Positions 51,101 through 62,225 of a stretch of DNA of 62,335 nt are shown one piece after another. Position 1 is the first letter of the stretch. Each line of letters begins with the position of its first letter. The stretch is from Parasitella parasitica NRRL 2501 (Eukaryota > Fungi > Mucoromycota), in NCBI GenBank assembly GCA_025201805.1, contig MU619337.1, positions 58,702 to 121,036 of the forward strand, given 5' to 3'. The notes under the pieces were generated by a model that was not told the DNA's origin, ran no database searches, and saw only the letters and a program-made list of their open reading frames with translations. The position numbers and the translations under genes were made by a program.

Positions 51101-53475
51101 AGATGAAGCAGCTGGTGGTCGAAATTCATGACTTGAAGCGAAACTACTCACGTACCATCATGAACATGCAGTCTACGCGAAATCAACACGAGTCCCTGCT
51201 GCGATCTCTGCGCGTCAATGTGGAAACACTCAAGGTCGAGAAGAAGCGTATGATTAAGCGCATGAAACAAGAAACAGAGCGAGTGCGCGAGCAGATAGCT
51301 TTGCAAGAGCGAAAGATATCCAAGATGCAGCGCCAGTATACTGAGGTCAGTCATGCCAGAAGCCGACTGGAACGCGAGCACGAAGCTCAAAAATTGACAT
51401 TGAAGCGTCGCGAAAAGGAAATCGTCATCAACAACAGCCAGATGAAACAGCTGACTGACATGCTCAAGAAGGCCGTTCGCGAAGGTGGCATGCTCGACGA
51501 CCAACTGTTGGGCAATGTATCTCATATTATGGGCGGCAGCTTTGCTGCTGTTGTGCGTCGTGGTGGTATGCGCAATCTTCCAGGCTTCCGTCAGCTTCGC
51601 AAAAGAAAAAACCCTATCCCTGTAAATGTGCGAGTGGAGCGCAAGAAGCAACTGCTTGACAAGATGCTATACCAATTTATCCAGGGAAAACAGGCTATTG
51701 TGGAAATGGAACAAGTGCTGTTCAGACGAGAAAGACTTGCCTCTGAGAAGCTCGAGCTTCTGGAAGAAAGAAAGAGCATCTTCATGGATGAAAAGGAGAC
51801 AGCTGATCTGATAGGGGAGCCTATGGACATGCTTGCTATTGACCTCGCTGATGAGCGCATTGACTTGATCGAGGCAGAGATATCTTATTTGTCGGCTCGC
51901 ATTAGAGCACTACAATCTGAAGCTGCTGGAGAAGCAGACGACATGCTTACACACTCGTCCGACAATGTCAACGATCGCCATCAAGAAAAGAGAAAGGTGA
52001 CATTTGCTGATGACATTGTGAGCGACCCAGTGCCCAGCGATGAATGGGCTGACATGGATACCCTCGAAGAGCAATACAGTGTGCCAACCAATGCTGCCCC
52101 TGAGATGGTATACGATGCTACTATTAAACTTCTCAAGACACTGGAAGCCGATGAATGTCGAAGCATTACTGAAGCCTTGGTGGATGACATTGCTAATGCC
52201 CGCATGAGCGAATGCAACCGCCAAATGACAATGCAAAACCTGGAAAAGACAGTTCAAGATCTGCGTCGAACACTAATCGTCATGAAGCGCGCCGCTATTG
52301 CCACTACCGTGGAAAACGAACGCAGGATCAGAAAACTAGAAGAAAAGAACAATGGCGGTAGTAAAATAGGCAACAACATTGACAACAAGATCGAAGACTA
52401 CATCATGAACAGCGGAAACACCATCTTTGACAAGATCTATGAAGACGGTTTGCGAGGCATGCTCGGCACGCCTGAACCAGAATACCTTTTGAATCAGTCT
52501 CCTGATGGGGCCTCTGAATCGACCGCAAGCTACGAAAGACGAAGTAGCACAGAATCTAGTGTACAATCAGAGGGCTTGATACCGCCCCCTTCACCCCTCA
52601 CAATACCCTCTTTCACAGCATCAACTACCACTACAACCAACCTGATGCTGTCCCCTACACGTCCACCTACAAGCACCAGTGTACGTGCTCCAGCTGCGCT
52701 GTCTGAAAAGGGCGGCGCCATGCGTACAAGCAACAGCACCTACCCAGCACGGGACTCAACACCGTCTCCAGATCGATTCTATAATATGATCCAAAAGCGT
52801 CTATCATGGCAGCAACGGGCTGGAGGGTCTGAATCTCCCATTTCCATGACAATGGTCAATCCTGCTGAATTTTCTCGCTATGCTAATGATCACGAATCGT
52901 CGACCTCGTCTATCCATAGCGGCCATCTGCGTAGAGCATCTCTGCAATCGGATTTCTCGTCCTCGCAAAACTCATGGAACATCAACAGCAGCGGTCCACC
53001 TACTGTGTCATCCACACAGAGCTCGGTACGTAGAAGAGCATTTTCAGTCCACCAGCCGCCCGTGCAGCCCCAGCACTTGCAACATAAAATTTCAAACAGA
53101 CGTGCTTCGTTGCGTGAACTTTCGCTTAAAGGCACGAATGGTTCTCCTATGACACACAGTAATTCAAGTATTAACTATTTGAGTGATCACGATCATGAGC
53201 CTGCAGCCACCATGTCTTATCAACGATATCCTGTTTATCAGCAACAGCAATCGCAGCCAAAGCGACCTCTTCTTGTGAGCATGTCTATCATGGATAACAG
53301 AGCAAGTACGCCCAACGGTGGTAATGTTTTTGATCGGCTATCTCAAACCCCTACTCGTGCATCTCAGGCCAAGATATCTCACCGCAATAGCAGTAGCAGC
53401 ATGGAAGAATTGAGAACAGCATGGGAGCTTGAACGCGCTTCAAGTGCTATGAGCGGGTCGTACTATGGCGATTAA
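48154..53475 (+). CDS. Kinesin-4 family motor (KIF4/KIF21-like), multi-exon
   Basis: MTSTAVR|VGLRVRPL; P-loop split across exons (FNATILAYG|QTGSGKT); [35 protein letters not shown]; long coiled coils and a terminal [11 protein letters not shown] motif. Confidence 0.93.
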
Positions 53476-53677
53476 ACTCTTGTATTTTTGTATTTTAATG
53501 CTATATATCATATTCAAACAAAATTCGTATTACATATTCATATATTTCTTATATTATTACCAATAAAAGCTAGGAGACTCGACATCTGAGCACTATAAAG
53601 CATACATAACTAGCTAATAGATGCACGTATTGAAAAAGCCATCTTGTCTCTTGTTTAAATTTAACAAATACTTGTGT

Positions 53678-56279
53678 CTACTCATCTTCCTCTTCTTCTT
53701 CTTCCGATTTATCCATGAAATATACATTTAGCATGCCATTTGAAGCAGCAACACACAAGACTCGTCTTCGAGGCGAACCATTACATCCCAACTTGACCCC
53801 AATCATTTCTTGCAATTTAAGACTACGTACATTTGGCAAGTTGGAAGCGATTATTTTGTCGTTGGTAAATACTTGAAAATCACTGTCCGTCAATGAAATA
53901 GCCTGCAATACTGTAGTCTCTTGATCGACCTGTGTCAGAACACCCAACTCCTTTTCGTCGAAAAATTCAAAATCAGTTATACTTCCTTCCAACCTGTACG
54001 CGGCGTATGTCAGTATTGAATCATCAAATTTTTTCTTGAGAATGACCACTATGAAAAGATTGTTGAGTACAATGTCTGTCAAATCCCTCGAATACATACA
54101 TTGTGTTTCTGGTGCTGTTTGCAGCATTGCATAGAAGATAGTTTGTATGGCATTTTCCATCTGCAAGTCAGTCAATTACCAAGTTTGCAATTCCATGTCC
54201 GAGTACACTTACGCCAGTGAAAGATATCATCGTTTTTCTGGGCTGTGCCTTGATGGAAAATCCATGTAGTCGAGCTTTACTCGTAGACACCATCTTTATT
54301 TTTGTGGACACGGTTTCAGATGGTTTTTTCAGCATTTCCGTACAACAATCTGACAGATCAGACAACAAGTAAATCAGATTCTTATCTAGGGACATGTCAG
54401 TTGGGAAACCATTGCTGATACAACATCTGAAAGTCATACCTTTCCCGTTAAAATAAACATCTAAGCTATCCCGAACGAAATCCTTATCCAAAAAGCTAGC
54501 CACGAGTTCCGGTTCTTCGCACAAGCCAGATTGTTGTTCGATTTCAACCGATTCGGGGTCATAGACCTTTTGAGACACTTTAAATGCTTGTCAATATCAG
54601 AGCATCAAAGATGTCCTCTGCTCCGTAATGATCCTTACCAATAGCGATCCATTTCGAAAACGCATCAAAGCTCTTGATCAAATCACCAAGAGATTTAGAG
54701 TACTGAAAAGTTTCAAACACGAGATGACGAGCTTTGGTAATGCACTTCTCAACTTCGTTAGTTCGAAGGAAATCACCATAGCGCTGTGTCCTATAGAGAA
54801 TGCTTCAATGTTTGTGTGTGCATAAAAGTGATGGCTGTATGGCTTACCATAGGCTGTAACCTAGCAATTTGCTAAGTTGAAGTTGTATTCGTTCACATGC
54901 AGGTAAAATGTGTTCACAAATGATGACCAGGGAGTTATGATGCCCATGCTTGACATTGGTCTCCCATTGTTTTATACGCTAAACAAAGGAAATAGAAAGT
55001 CTCAATAAATTTCTTTTTACCAACCAAAGTGTTATACCTGAGAAGACAGGTATTCCGTAAAGAATTCCTGCAGCGATTCCGTAACATTTCCTGTAGCAAG
55101 TGTCGCAAATAGCTCTACCTCGGGCATTGCAGATGAATTTTCTAGGAAAAGTTTGGTGAATTTATACGCTATTCTTAAAAATGTAAAATGTACCGTTGTG
55201 GTGTGTTATATAGTAAGACGCTTGTCTTGATATACTCCTGGTAAAGCCAGAAAACGCATCATGATGTCGTCTTGCAACATCTAATGTGCATTTCGTATAC
55301 TCTAGGAAATAGTTCAGTTGTGTCTGTATCTCAGATACGCTATGGATCTCTTCTTTGCGATCGTCTAATATTCGGGTATCGAGTGTGTATGAAATGAATT
55401 CGGATGGTGCAATGGATTCAGGTTTGGTTATGATCTGCAGCGATGATAAATTCTGAGCTGCTGATATTTCGATAGCTTCTAGATTTGATTTTGCCTCTAA
55501 TTTAACAGATCCGATAGGGTATATTCCATTCAGGATGATATGGATTTCTCCTTTACTGTCGCCTGTGAATAATAATGTCTGGATTTCGCTTTGCTGCAGT
55601 GGCTCAACCGGGAGTTTTATCTTTTTTTGTTTACCTATTGTTATTCGTGATCTATCAAAATAAATTAGGTACTGGGGTCAGTTTTTCTACTGGTTTACTA
55701 ACACTGGCTCTTCAGGCGGTTCTTGGCTCAGTTTTGGTAATGCTGATTCGAGATCGAATGCTTCAATGTCAAAGCCCTCCTATTGTGAAGACACGAGGTA
55801 AGCATTCATGCAAAACCAATAAATCGTGGAAACATGTACTATATCCACTTGCTTCTTGTTGAATTCATAGTTAACCCATGCAAGCGAAAGAACCGGCGCA
55901 GCTGACTGGGAAGCCTCTGGTATCCAACAGGGTAATATTATAGGTGTATGGTAGGTTATATCAACCTTGTATACAACGCCGTTACTGCAGCCCAAGACAA
56001 ATTCCTTTCCTTAAACAATAGACTTAGCAAGACAGAAAAAATCAAAATCAAATACCAACCATTAGGTTTCCAAGTGACAATGTTAATATCGCTCGAAGTT
56101 TGATGCGGTATTGACCAAATCCTTGTGATCGTTATTCCACTTCTGTAAAGCGATAGTATATTTGTCGGCGAAACCAGTAATACCAGATCTGTTGTTGGAC
56201 ACCAAGATATTAACTTTACATTGTCTGCCAACAACTTCTTTTCACTGAATGAAAATGAAGCCTCTTCTTCACTTGACAT
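53678..56279 (-). CDS. APC4: Anaphase-promoting complex subunit 4 (APC4/Cut20), multi-exon
   Basis: N-terminal WD-like segment (SWCPTTDLVLL..IVTWKPNG), SGDSKGEIHIILNGIYPIG on the minus strand, ELFATLATG, and C-terminal DFEFFDEKEL..GCNGSPRRRVLCV. Confidence 0.85.
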
Positions 56280-58368
56280 TTCGAGGAAAGAGGAGAAATT
56301 TATAATACCAACAACAAAAAAACGCGGGTCTATTTATCAGTCTGCTGTTTAATTATTATCTTGTCTTTCAACGAGTGTTCATAAAAGGACGAGCAGCGAA
56401 TTTCGACGTCAATGCTGCTGGGCACGGTAAATTTAAATAGCATGATATTTAAAGTCAAGTATTACTTATATCGTATCATCCATTAATTGATCATCTATTC
56501 AAAATGATGTCCAATACTATATTTTATGCTATTAAATGGGTGGTTTTAACAGATCTGTTTCTTGCGAAGTTTTTTGTCTTGTGGGCTATCGTTATTAGCT
56601 TTATAAAATCCGATGTTATGCCAGAAAGGCATGAGATTAAGCAATTATTAGACAAGGAATAAGCTATTGATGTACGATAACATGTAATCAACCTGGTATT
56701 TAATTACAAGTTCAATGTATAACCGTGATGACAAATAATGTTACAATAGATATAATCTAGTATAAAAGATGGCATTTTCTTATGAATTTTTTTGGGCAAA
56801 TTATATTCATATATCCTTAGCGCATAATGTGAGAGACATAATATTGTTAACACTGACCTGTTTCGAAGTCACCACGTTGTTGCTTCTATGTTGCCAGTTT
56901 TACCTACTACCCTGAAGTTCATCATCTGAAGCTTTTGTTTTTATCAAGTATAATGACCTGTGTACTCGCTTAAATTTTGTGTCTTTGCAGTAGCAATTTT
57001 GTATTGAAATTATGGTCGATATTGAGATTGTCAGTGTTAATATTATGGTTTTGATAATGAATAAAATTTTCGACATTTATAGCAGAAGGGTCTGTTCAGC
57101 ATGTTGCTCATTTGAAGAGTTTCGAAAAACAAAAAAAAAAAAAAAAAAAAGGATTTGAGATTAAAGGATACGTGAAGATTACAGTGTGATAAATTGAACT
57201 GAATTGAAACCAGTTCAACAGTTTTCTATGATATTATGTTTCTTTTTTTTACAATATGCTAGTAATTGACGTAAAAATTACCCAAGGCAACTGCAAAATA
57301 TGATTATAAGAAAGTCTATCATATACCGTTTTACAATGTATACGATGGCTCTTTTTGGTTTAATGTTCGTAATCCAAAAGCACTGTAAGAAAAGGCTACT
57401 GTAGATTTTGATGGTAAACCTTATCATGTATTTTTTCGGGTGAATTAATTGATATCCCTATTGAGCAAGACTATTTGGGGAAAGTAATGGACCAAACATA
57501 TTCCAAAATATTTTATTCTGGGGATTCTTTGATCTGGTAAGCTGGTTTCCATGAGGACAGATGAAATGCAAACAGTGAGTGCCTCGGCTGCTCTTCTTCC
57601 TTTTTACCATAGTAGAGGGTAATGTGAATGTTTGAAAATGCTTTCAATGTAAAATGCAGTAGCAAAGAAATAGAGCGAATACATATAGAATAGAAACCTT
57701 GCTAGGCTATTAATATTTGAAATTTTTAGAAACTCTTAAAAATGCAACATTACCATTTAAAGATAACCACAAAAACAAAGAGTTTTTATCTGATATGTCT
57801 GATTCAGAAATGTTTGAAATGAAGGCTGGTGGGTCGTCGCCAACTAAACAGTTCATGCCTTAGGAAGACACAGCCAACAAAAAGTCCATTTAAATCTTCT
57901 GCAAAACGTGGCGAACAATCCAAGGGGAAAACAGAAAGCATCTACAGTCAGTGAACAGCACAGTTGAATCCCAATGTCCCCTGTTGTAAAAACGGTTGCC
58001 AAGATGAAAAATTTGAAAAGAACATAATCTAAGGGTAGTTTGAAGTCGTTAGATTAGAGAAAATTGAGGATATTCAAGATGATATAAATAACGTAAATAT
58101 ACTGATTAAATAAAGAGAAGGTCTCCCACAAGGTATTACCACAGGAACTTCTTTGGTGAATGGGTGCCTATATGTAATAAATAAAAGAGGTTTAATAAGG
58201 GTTTTAATAATGAAAGCTTAGGCAGCTTTTGGTAAAGTTTATAAGCATTGTCAATTTTTCGTTTATGATTAGTTTTTTTTTTAAAAAAAAGGTAATTTGT
58301 TGCTACGGCAACAAATTACACCCGTCTCTCAAGCAAATAACAACAAAATGATGTTATTCCATGAATCA

Positions 58369-58491
58369 GTGAGGGTACGCATTAACCAAAGGGTCTTTTC
58401 AAGAGTGCTAAGGTTACGCACCGTTCATCATGTGAGGGTCCGCATTAACCAAAGGGTCTTTTCAAGAGTGCTAAGGCTATATACCATTCAC
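58369..58491 (+). repeat. 63-bp tandem direct repeat, 2 copies
   Basis: gtgagggtAcgcattaaccaaagggtcttttcaagagtgctaagg at 58369 and gtgagggtCcgcattaaccaaagggtcttttcaagagtgctaagg at 58432. Confidence 0.95.
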
Positions 58492-58527
58492 CTATTTCAT
58501 GGAGTACTATACATAGTAGGTATTACC

Positions 58528-61173
58528 AAAATATTGAAGGTGGGTCACGTTCGGCTCACCGAATTTTGTAGTTCGGGTCACCAGGATTTTGTGACCAATT
58601 TAAAATACCCGGAAAGTCTGTTCCTTAAAAATAAAGAGCAACAGTAATGTTGTAATCAAGATCTTGACATTTTTACATACTAAAAAAAACTTTTAAAATG
58701 AATCATTCCAATAATACATCAAACAATCAAACCGAATCTAGCGGTATGGTTTCCAGCATGGATCAGCAAATTCGCTATAATATGGAAAATGCTGCTGTAG
58801 AAGCTTCATTAGCTTATGAAACTCGCAGCGTTGTTGAGGGCGTCAGACCAGTCAACACCATCCATGCGTACGTTCCCAAGCAAGAAAAGTTCAAAGTATA
58901 TAACGCAAAATTTTGCTTGAAAGCACAAATGTTTAATATAAAATCATTTTTTATTTTACCTGTAGAGGTGGTGTGTTGAGAGACATTATCCCAATGACAT
59001 ACATTGTGTCTGAAATGAAGATTGTTCGATATGTCAAAGAGTTATTTGACAGAGGCATGCAATTAGTTTTCAATAATGCTGACGGTACAAGCACTACTGT
59101 CTGCATGAGATACAGTCATGAGACTTTGAAAATGCATATTAAAGCCCTTGTTGACCTCTATAAAAAGCAGAAAGTAGAATATCAAGGAACTATGGATTTG
59201 AAGCATCCTCGTGGCGAAACTCTCAAGAGTTACGAGAGGTCCTTGAAGCGTCTTTGTTCTGCAGCTCGTCAGTCTCAAAACTTTGTTGACCCTGGAGTTG
59301 GATCCATCCAAGATGGATATAATGCTGAACAACTCGTTCAAGTTGCTGATTATTATTTGAGCAGAAAGAAGATGGCAGGAGATGCTCTCAGAGATAGAAT
59401 GATTGTTCTATTAAATCATATGATGATGCTTAGAGGGGAGACTTTGAGAGATACAAATCTCAATCATATGTTCTCTCTTGAGTTTAAGGATGAGGGAGCA
59501 ACACGCTGTCCTGTGTTTGTCATGATGATCACCGGAGGCAAAACGAACCAGGAACATCATAGGCTCTACAGTGGTGTTATCAGGCACAAGAACGTGCAGA
59601 TCTGCGCTTTTGGAGCCGTTGGCTTCTACCTTTTTCATCGGTTCCATGTCAAGGGAGAAGCGTTCCCAGATTTTTCAGCAAATGAGAATTGGTTCAACAC
59701 CAAGCTCACAAGAGGACGAGCTGCTGATAAGTCCATTTGTTACAACACGCAGCTCAGTTCCATCAACAAAGCCTTTGCCGCTGTGGGTGTCAATAGCGTC
59801 AAGAAAACGCATTCTGGGCGTCAGGCTGGAGCTCGGGAGGCCGAGATGGCAGGTCTTTCCCATGACCATATTAGACGAGTTGGAAGGTGGAACTCTGAGA
59901 GCATGGAAAATAGCTATTTGACATGCCTCCCCAGAACCGCCATCAGAGTTATTCAGGGATTTCTTGAAGAAAAAGGCTGCTTTTGGCTTCCTCGTGCTCT
60001 TGTCACCCCTCCGTTGTCACTTCAACAGAAGGTTTTTCCTTGGGTTGAAGAATGGCAGCAAAGGATGCAAGATGACACGTCGATTCAAACCATTTGCGGT
60101 GAAGGTTTCTTGAGGCTTCTGGTCGAATTACGGCCCATTATCCTCCAAGATGCTGTGCTCTTGAAACAGCTGGAGCCAAACCATGAGATGTTCAGTAGTA
60201 ACATCTTTCAGTCCAGTGAGTTTGCTTCCTTCTCTGAACAGCTTCATCGAAGCATGAACAACGCCACGCCTCCTGCTGAAGTAGAAATTCAGCGTGTTGT
60301 TCCTGAGATCAACTCAAGAATTTCAGACCTGTCTCTTCAAATACAGTCTCTGTATAGAACTGTAGGAGGTCGAGACACTGGAAACAATGAGCTTGTTGAG
60401 GCGATCTCTGCAAGTCTCATGGAGAAGATTGAGGAGAGATTTGGGGGCGTCCTTGCTGCTGCCGGCCCTGCTGCTGCTTCCGCTGAGCCTGCAAATGTGA
60501 TTACAGGCGCAAGAAGGGAAAGAGAAGATGGGGAGGACGAAGAGGATCCAAGAAAGCGATACAGGCTGAACCGGGACTTGTCCAATGTTCTCGGTTTGTG
60601 GAAGGAGTGGTCGGTAGGCTTGGGTCAAGGCAAGCCAAGCATCAATGACCTAAATAGCGCCTATGGTAGTAAATGGAGACAAGAATCAAAAGGTATATAA
60701 AGGGCCATAAAATATAAAGCATTACTTACTAATTCACTTGTTCTGTACATTGTTAATCATACGCTAGAGAGAAAATACTACTCGAAGAGGTTAATCATTA
60801 TCAATGAGATAAAAAAGATTGCCGAAGAGAAAAATCTCTCTTTAGAAGAAGCGGCTCAAGTAGTCGAAAATGAGCGCATATCGCTTCAAGGTTGTTCTTT
60901 GGACAAGCTTTGTAAAATTGTAAATGCTAGAAATAAGCAATAAACGCTTTTATTTATATTTTCTCTGAATTTTTTGTCTTCACATTTAAAGTCTTTGCAT
61001 TACAAATATCGGAATCAAGTGTCTACCGGAGCCTGTGATGCAATTGTGAATCTAATTGAAACGATACATCATGTATCGTCTGTTTATTTCATTTCTGGCA
61101 GCAAATTAATTTTTTTTTTGAAAAAATCCAGAGGTTAGGCTTCAAAAACACTGTGACCCAGCTTGAAAAAATA
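58528..61173 (+). mobile_element. Crypton (CryptonF-type) tyrosine-recombinase DNA transposon
   Basis: Intron-containing YR + GCR1_C gene. It is flanked by 13/15 inverted repeats (58534-58548, 61153-61167), each with AAAATA immediately outside. Boundaries are inferred. Confidence 0.8.
58698..60943 (+). CDS. Crypton tyrosine recombinase (Ndc10 domain II-like YR + C-terminal GCR1_C DNA-binding domain), 3 exons, probable frameshift near 58990
   Basis: Catalytic residues are intact: MLRGE (R), GKTNQ (K), KTHSGR (HxxR), GRW (W), ENSYL (Y). GCR1_C-like YRLNRDLSNVLGLWKEWSVG..YGSKWR|..RKYYSKRLIIINEI; final TAA at 60941-60943. Confidence 0.88.
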
Positions 61174-61320
61174 TCGGACTTTGTGATTCACAACCTGTGA
61201 ATTTTTTGTGATTTTTGTGAAAATAAAATTTGATACATCAGTAACTCTGGTATTCTATGGATACAACACGAGAGATATACCGAGTGGGCGGAACTGAGAG
61301 ACCTACAAATGTACCGATTC

Positions 61321-61473
61321 GGGGGAGAATAAAAAGCAGCCAGTATATTTAGACCGACGGATAGGTGCTCAGTATATTGGGACCGACAGGTAAGTTGAGT
61401 TGGAGGAAAATGATAATCGACCGATATAGTTAGACCGACGGATAGTTGGGCCAGGATACTCTGGGCCGGATTC
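61321..61473 (+). repeat. Degenerate ~29-bp units arranged in an ~81-bp higher-order duplication
   Basis: cagtatatttagaccgacggatag / cagtatattgggaccgacagg / cgatatagttagaccgacggatag / caggatactctgggcc. Confidence 0.75.
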
Positions 61474-61581
61474 AAAAATGCCTTCTCTATGTTTGCTGTA
61501 AACTATAACATATCTATGATTAGCAAACATTTGGTAAATTACTGTCATGAATCAACTAATGTCAGTATTAGCCAGGGGAAA

Positions 61582-61659
61582 AACATCATGTATGCGCAGT
61601 CTTGAAACGTATAAACAAACATCATCTGAATCAACATCATGCATGCACAGTCCTGAAAC
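61582..61659 (+). repeat. 27-bp imperfect direct repeat, 2 copies
   Basis: aacatcatgtatgcgcagtcttgaaac (61582) versus aacatcatgcatgcacagtcctgaaac (61633). Confidence 0.8.
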
Positions 61660-62225
61660 ACTCACATGATACAACCATGCATAACGGAGACCAATACATG
61701 TACCCACGCCCACTTGAATGCATGTTGAGATCTGCAAGATCGAAATAAGAAAAGTATAACATAAAACGTTGAATTAACGAGGTACGAAAACTTGAGATTT
61801 CTTTATTAAAGATTCAACTTTGCATCTGCTATTTATACTTTTTACAACAGCATAAATTTTTGGTGACTTATTTAAAATACTAGTCGATACTAATCGATAA
61901 GAATAATTTGCAAGCAACATCATATCCTTAACAGGGTACGATGTATTATTATACTTGTTATATCAATAACATGGCAAGGTCTCACATCAGGATCTCAGAT
62001 CAGTCCCAGGGTCTTACAGTAAATCATGGGTAGTCATGATTTACATTATGCAGCTAGACAGTAGAACCCTAGTGTAATGAATGTGTATATAATACATCGA
62101 GAGATGTATTATGAATAAAGGTGTAATTCTTTGGCAGATTTATTTTATCAGACTTTTGACATAACACTTTTTTAAATCACCTAAAACTTTTACACTCTTA
62201 ACATTTTAACAAATAATCAATAACA

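Noticed and set aside
56340-58290. 2-kb AT-rich stretch, also 22040-23570 and 46470-48150, scanned by eye for tRNA, snRNA or gene relics
   Set aside because: No cloverleaf, box motif or credible spliced ORF could be supported.
58297-58647. 116-aa ORF with an internal 21-aa repeat
   Set aside because: It starts at TTG, crosses the proposed Crypton boundary and is explained by the 63-bp DNA duplication.
58698-60943. Host centromere protein Ndc10 or transcription factor Gcr1
   Set aside because: Intact YR catalytic residues, terminal repeat structure and the repeat-rich context favour a Crypton transposon over a domesticated gene.
58369-61473. CRISPR-like interpretation of the repeats flanking the recombinase
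   Set aside because: There are only 2-4 degenerate units, no regular unique spacers, no cas-like genes, and the context is eukaryotic.
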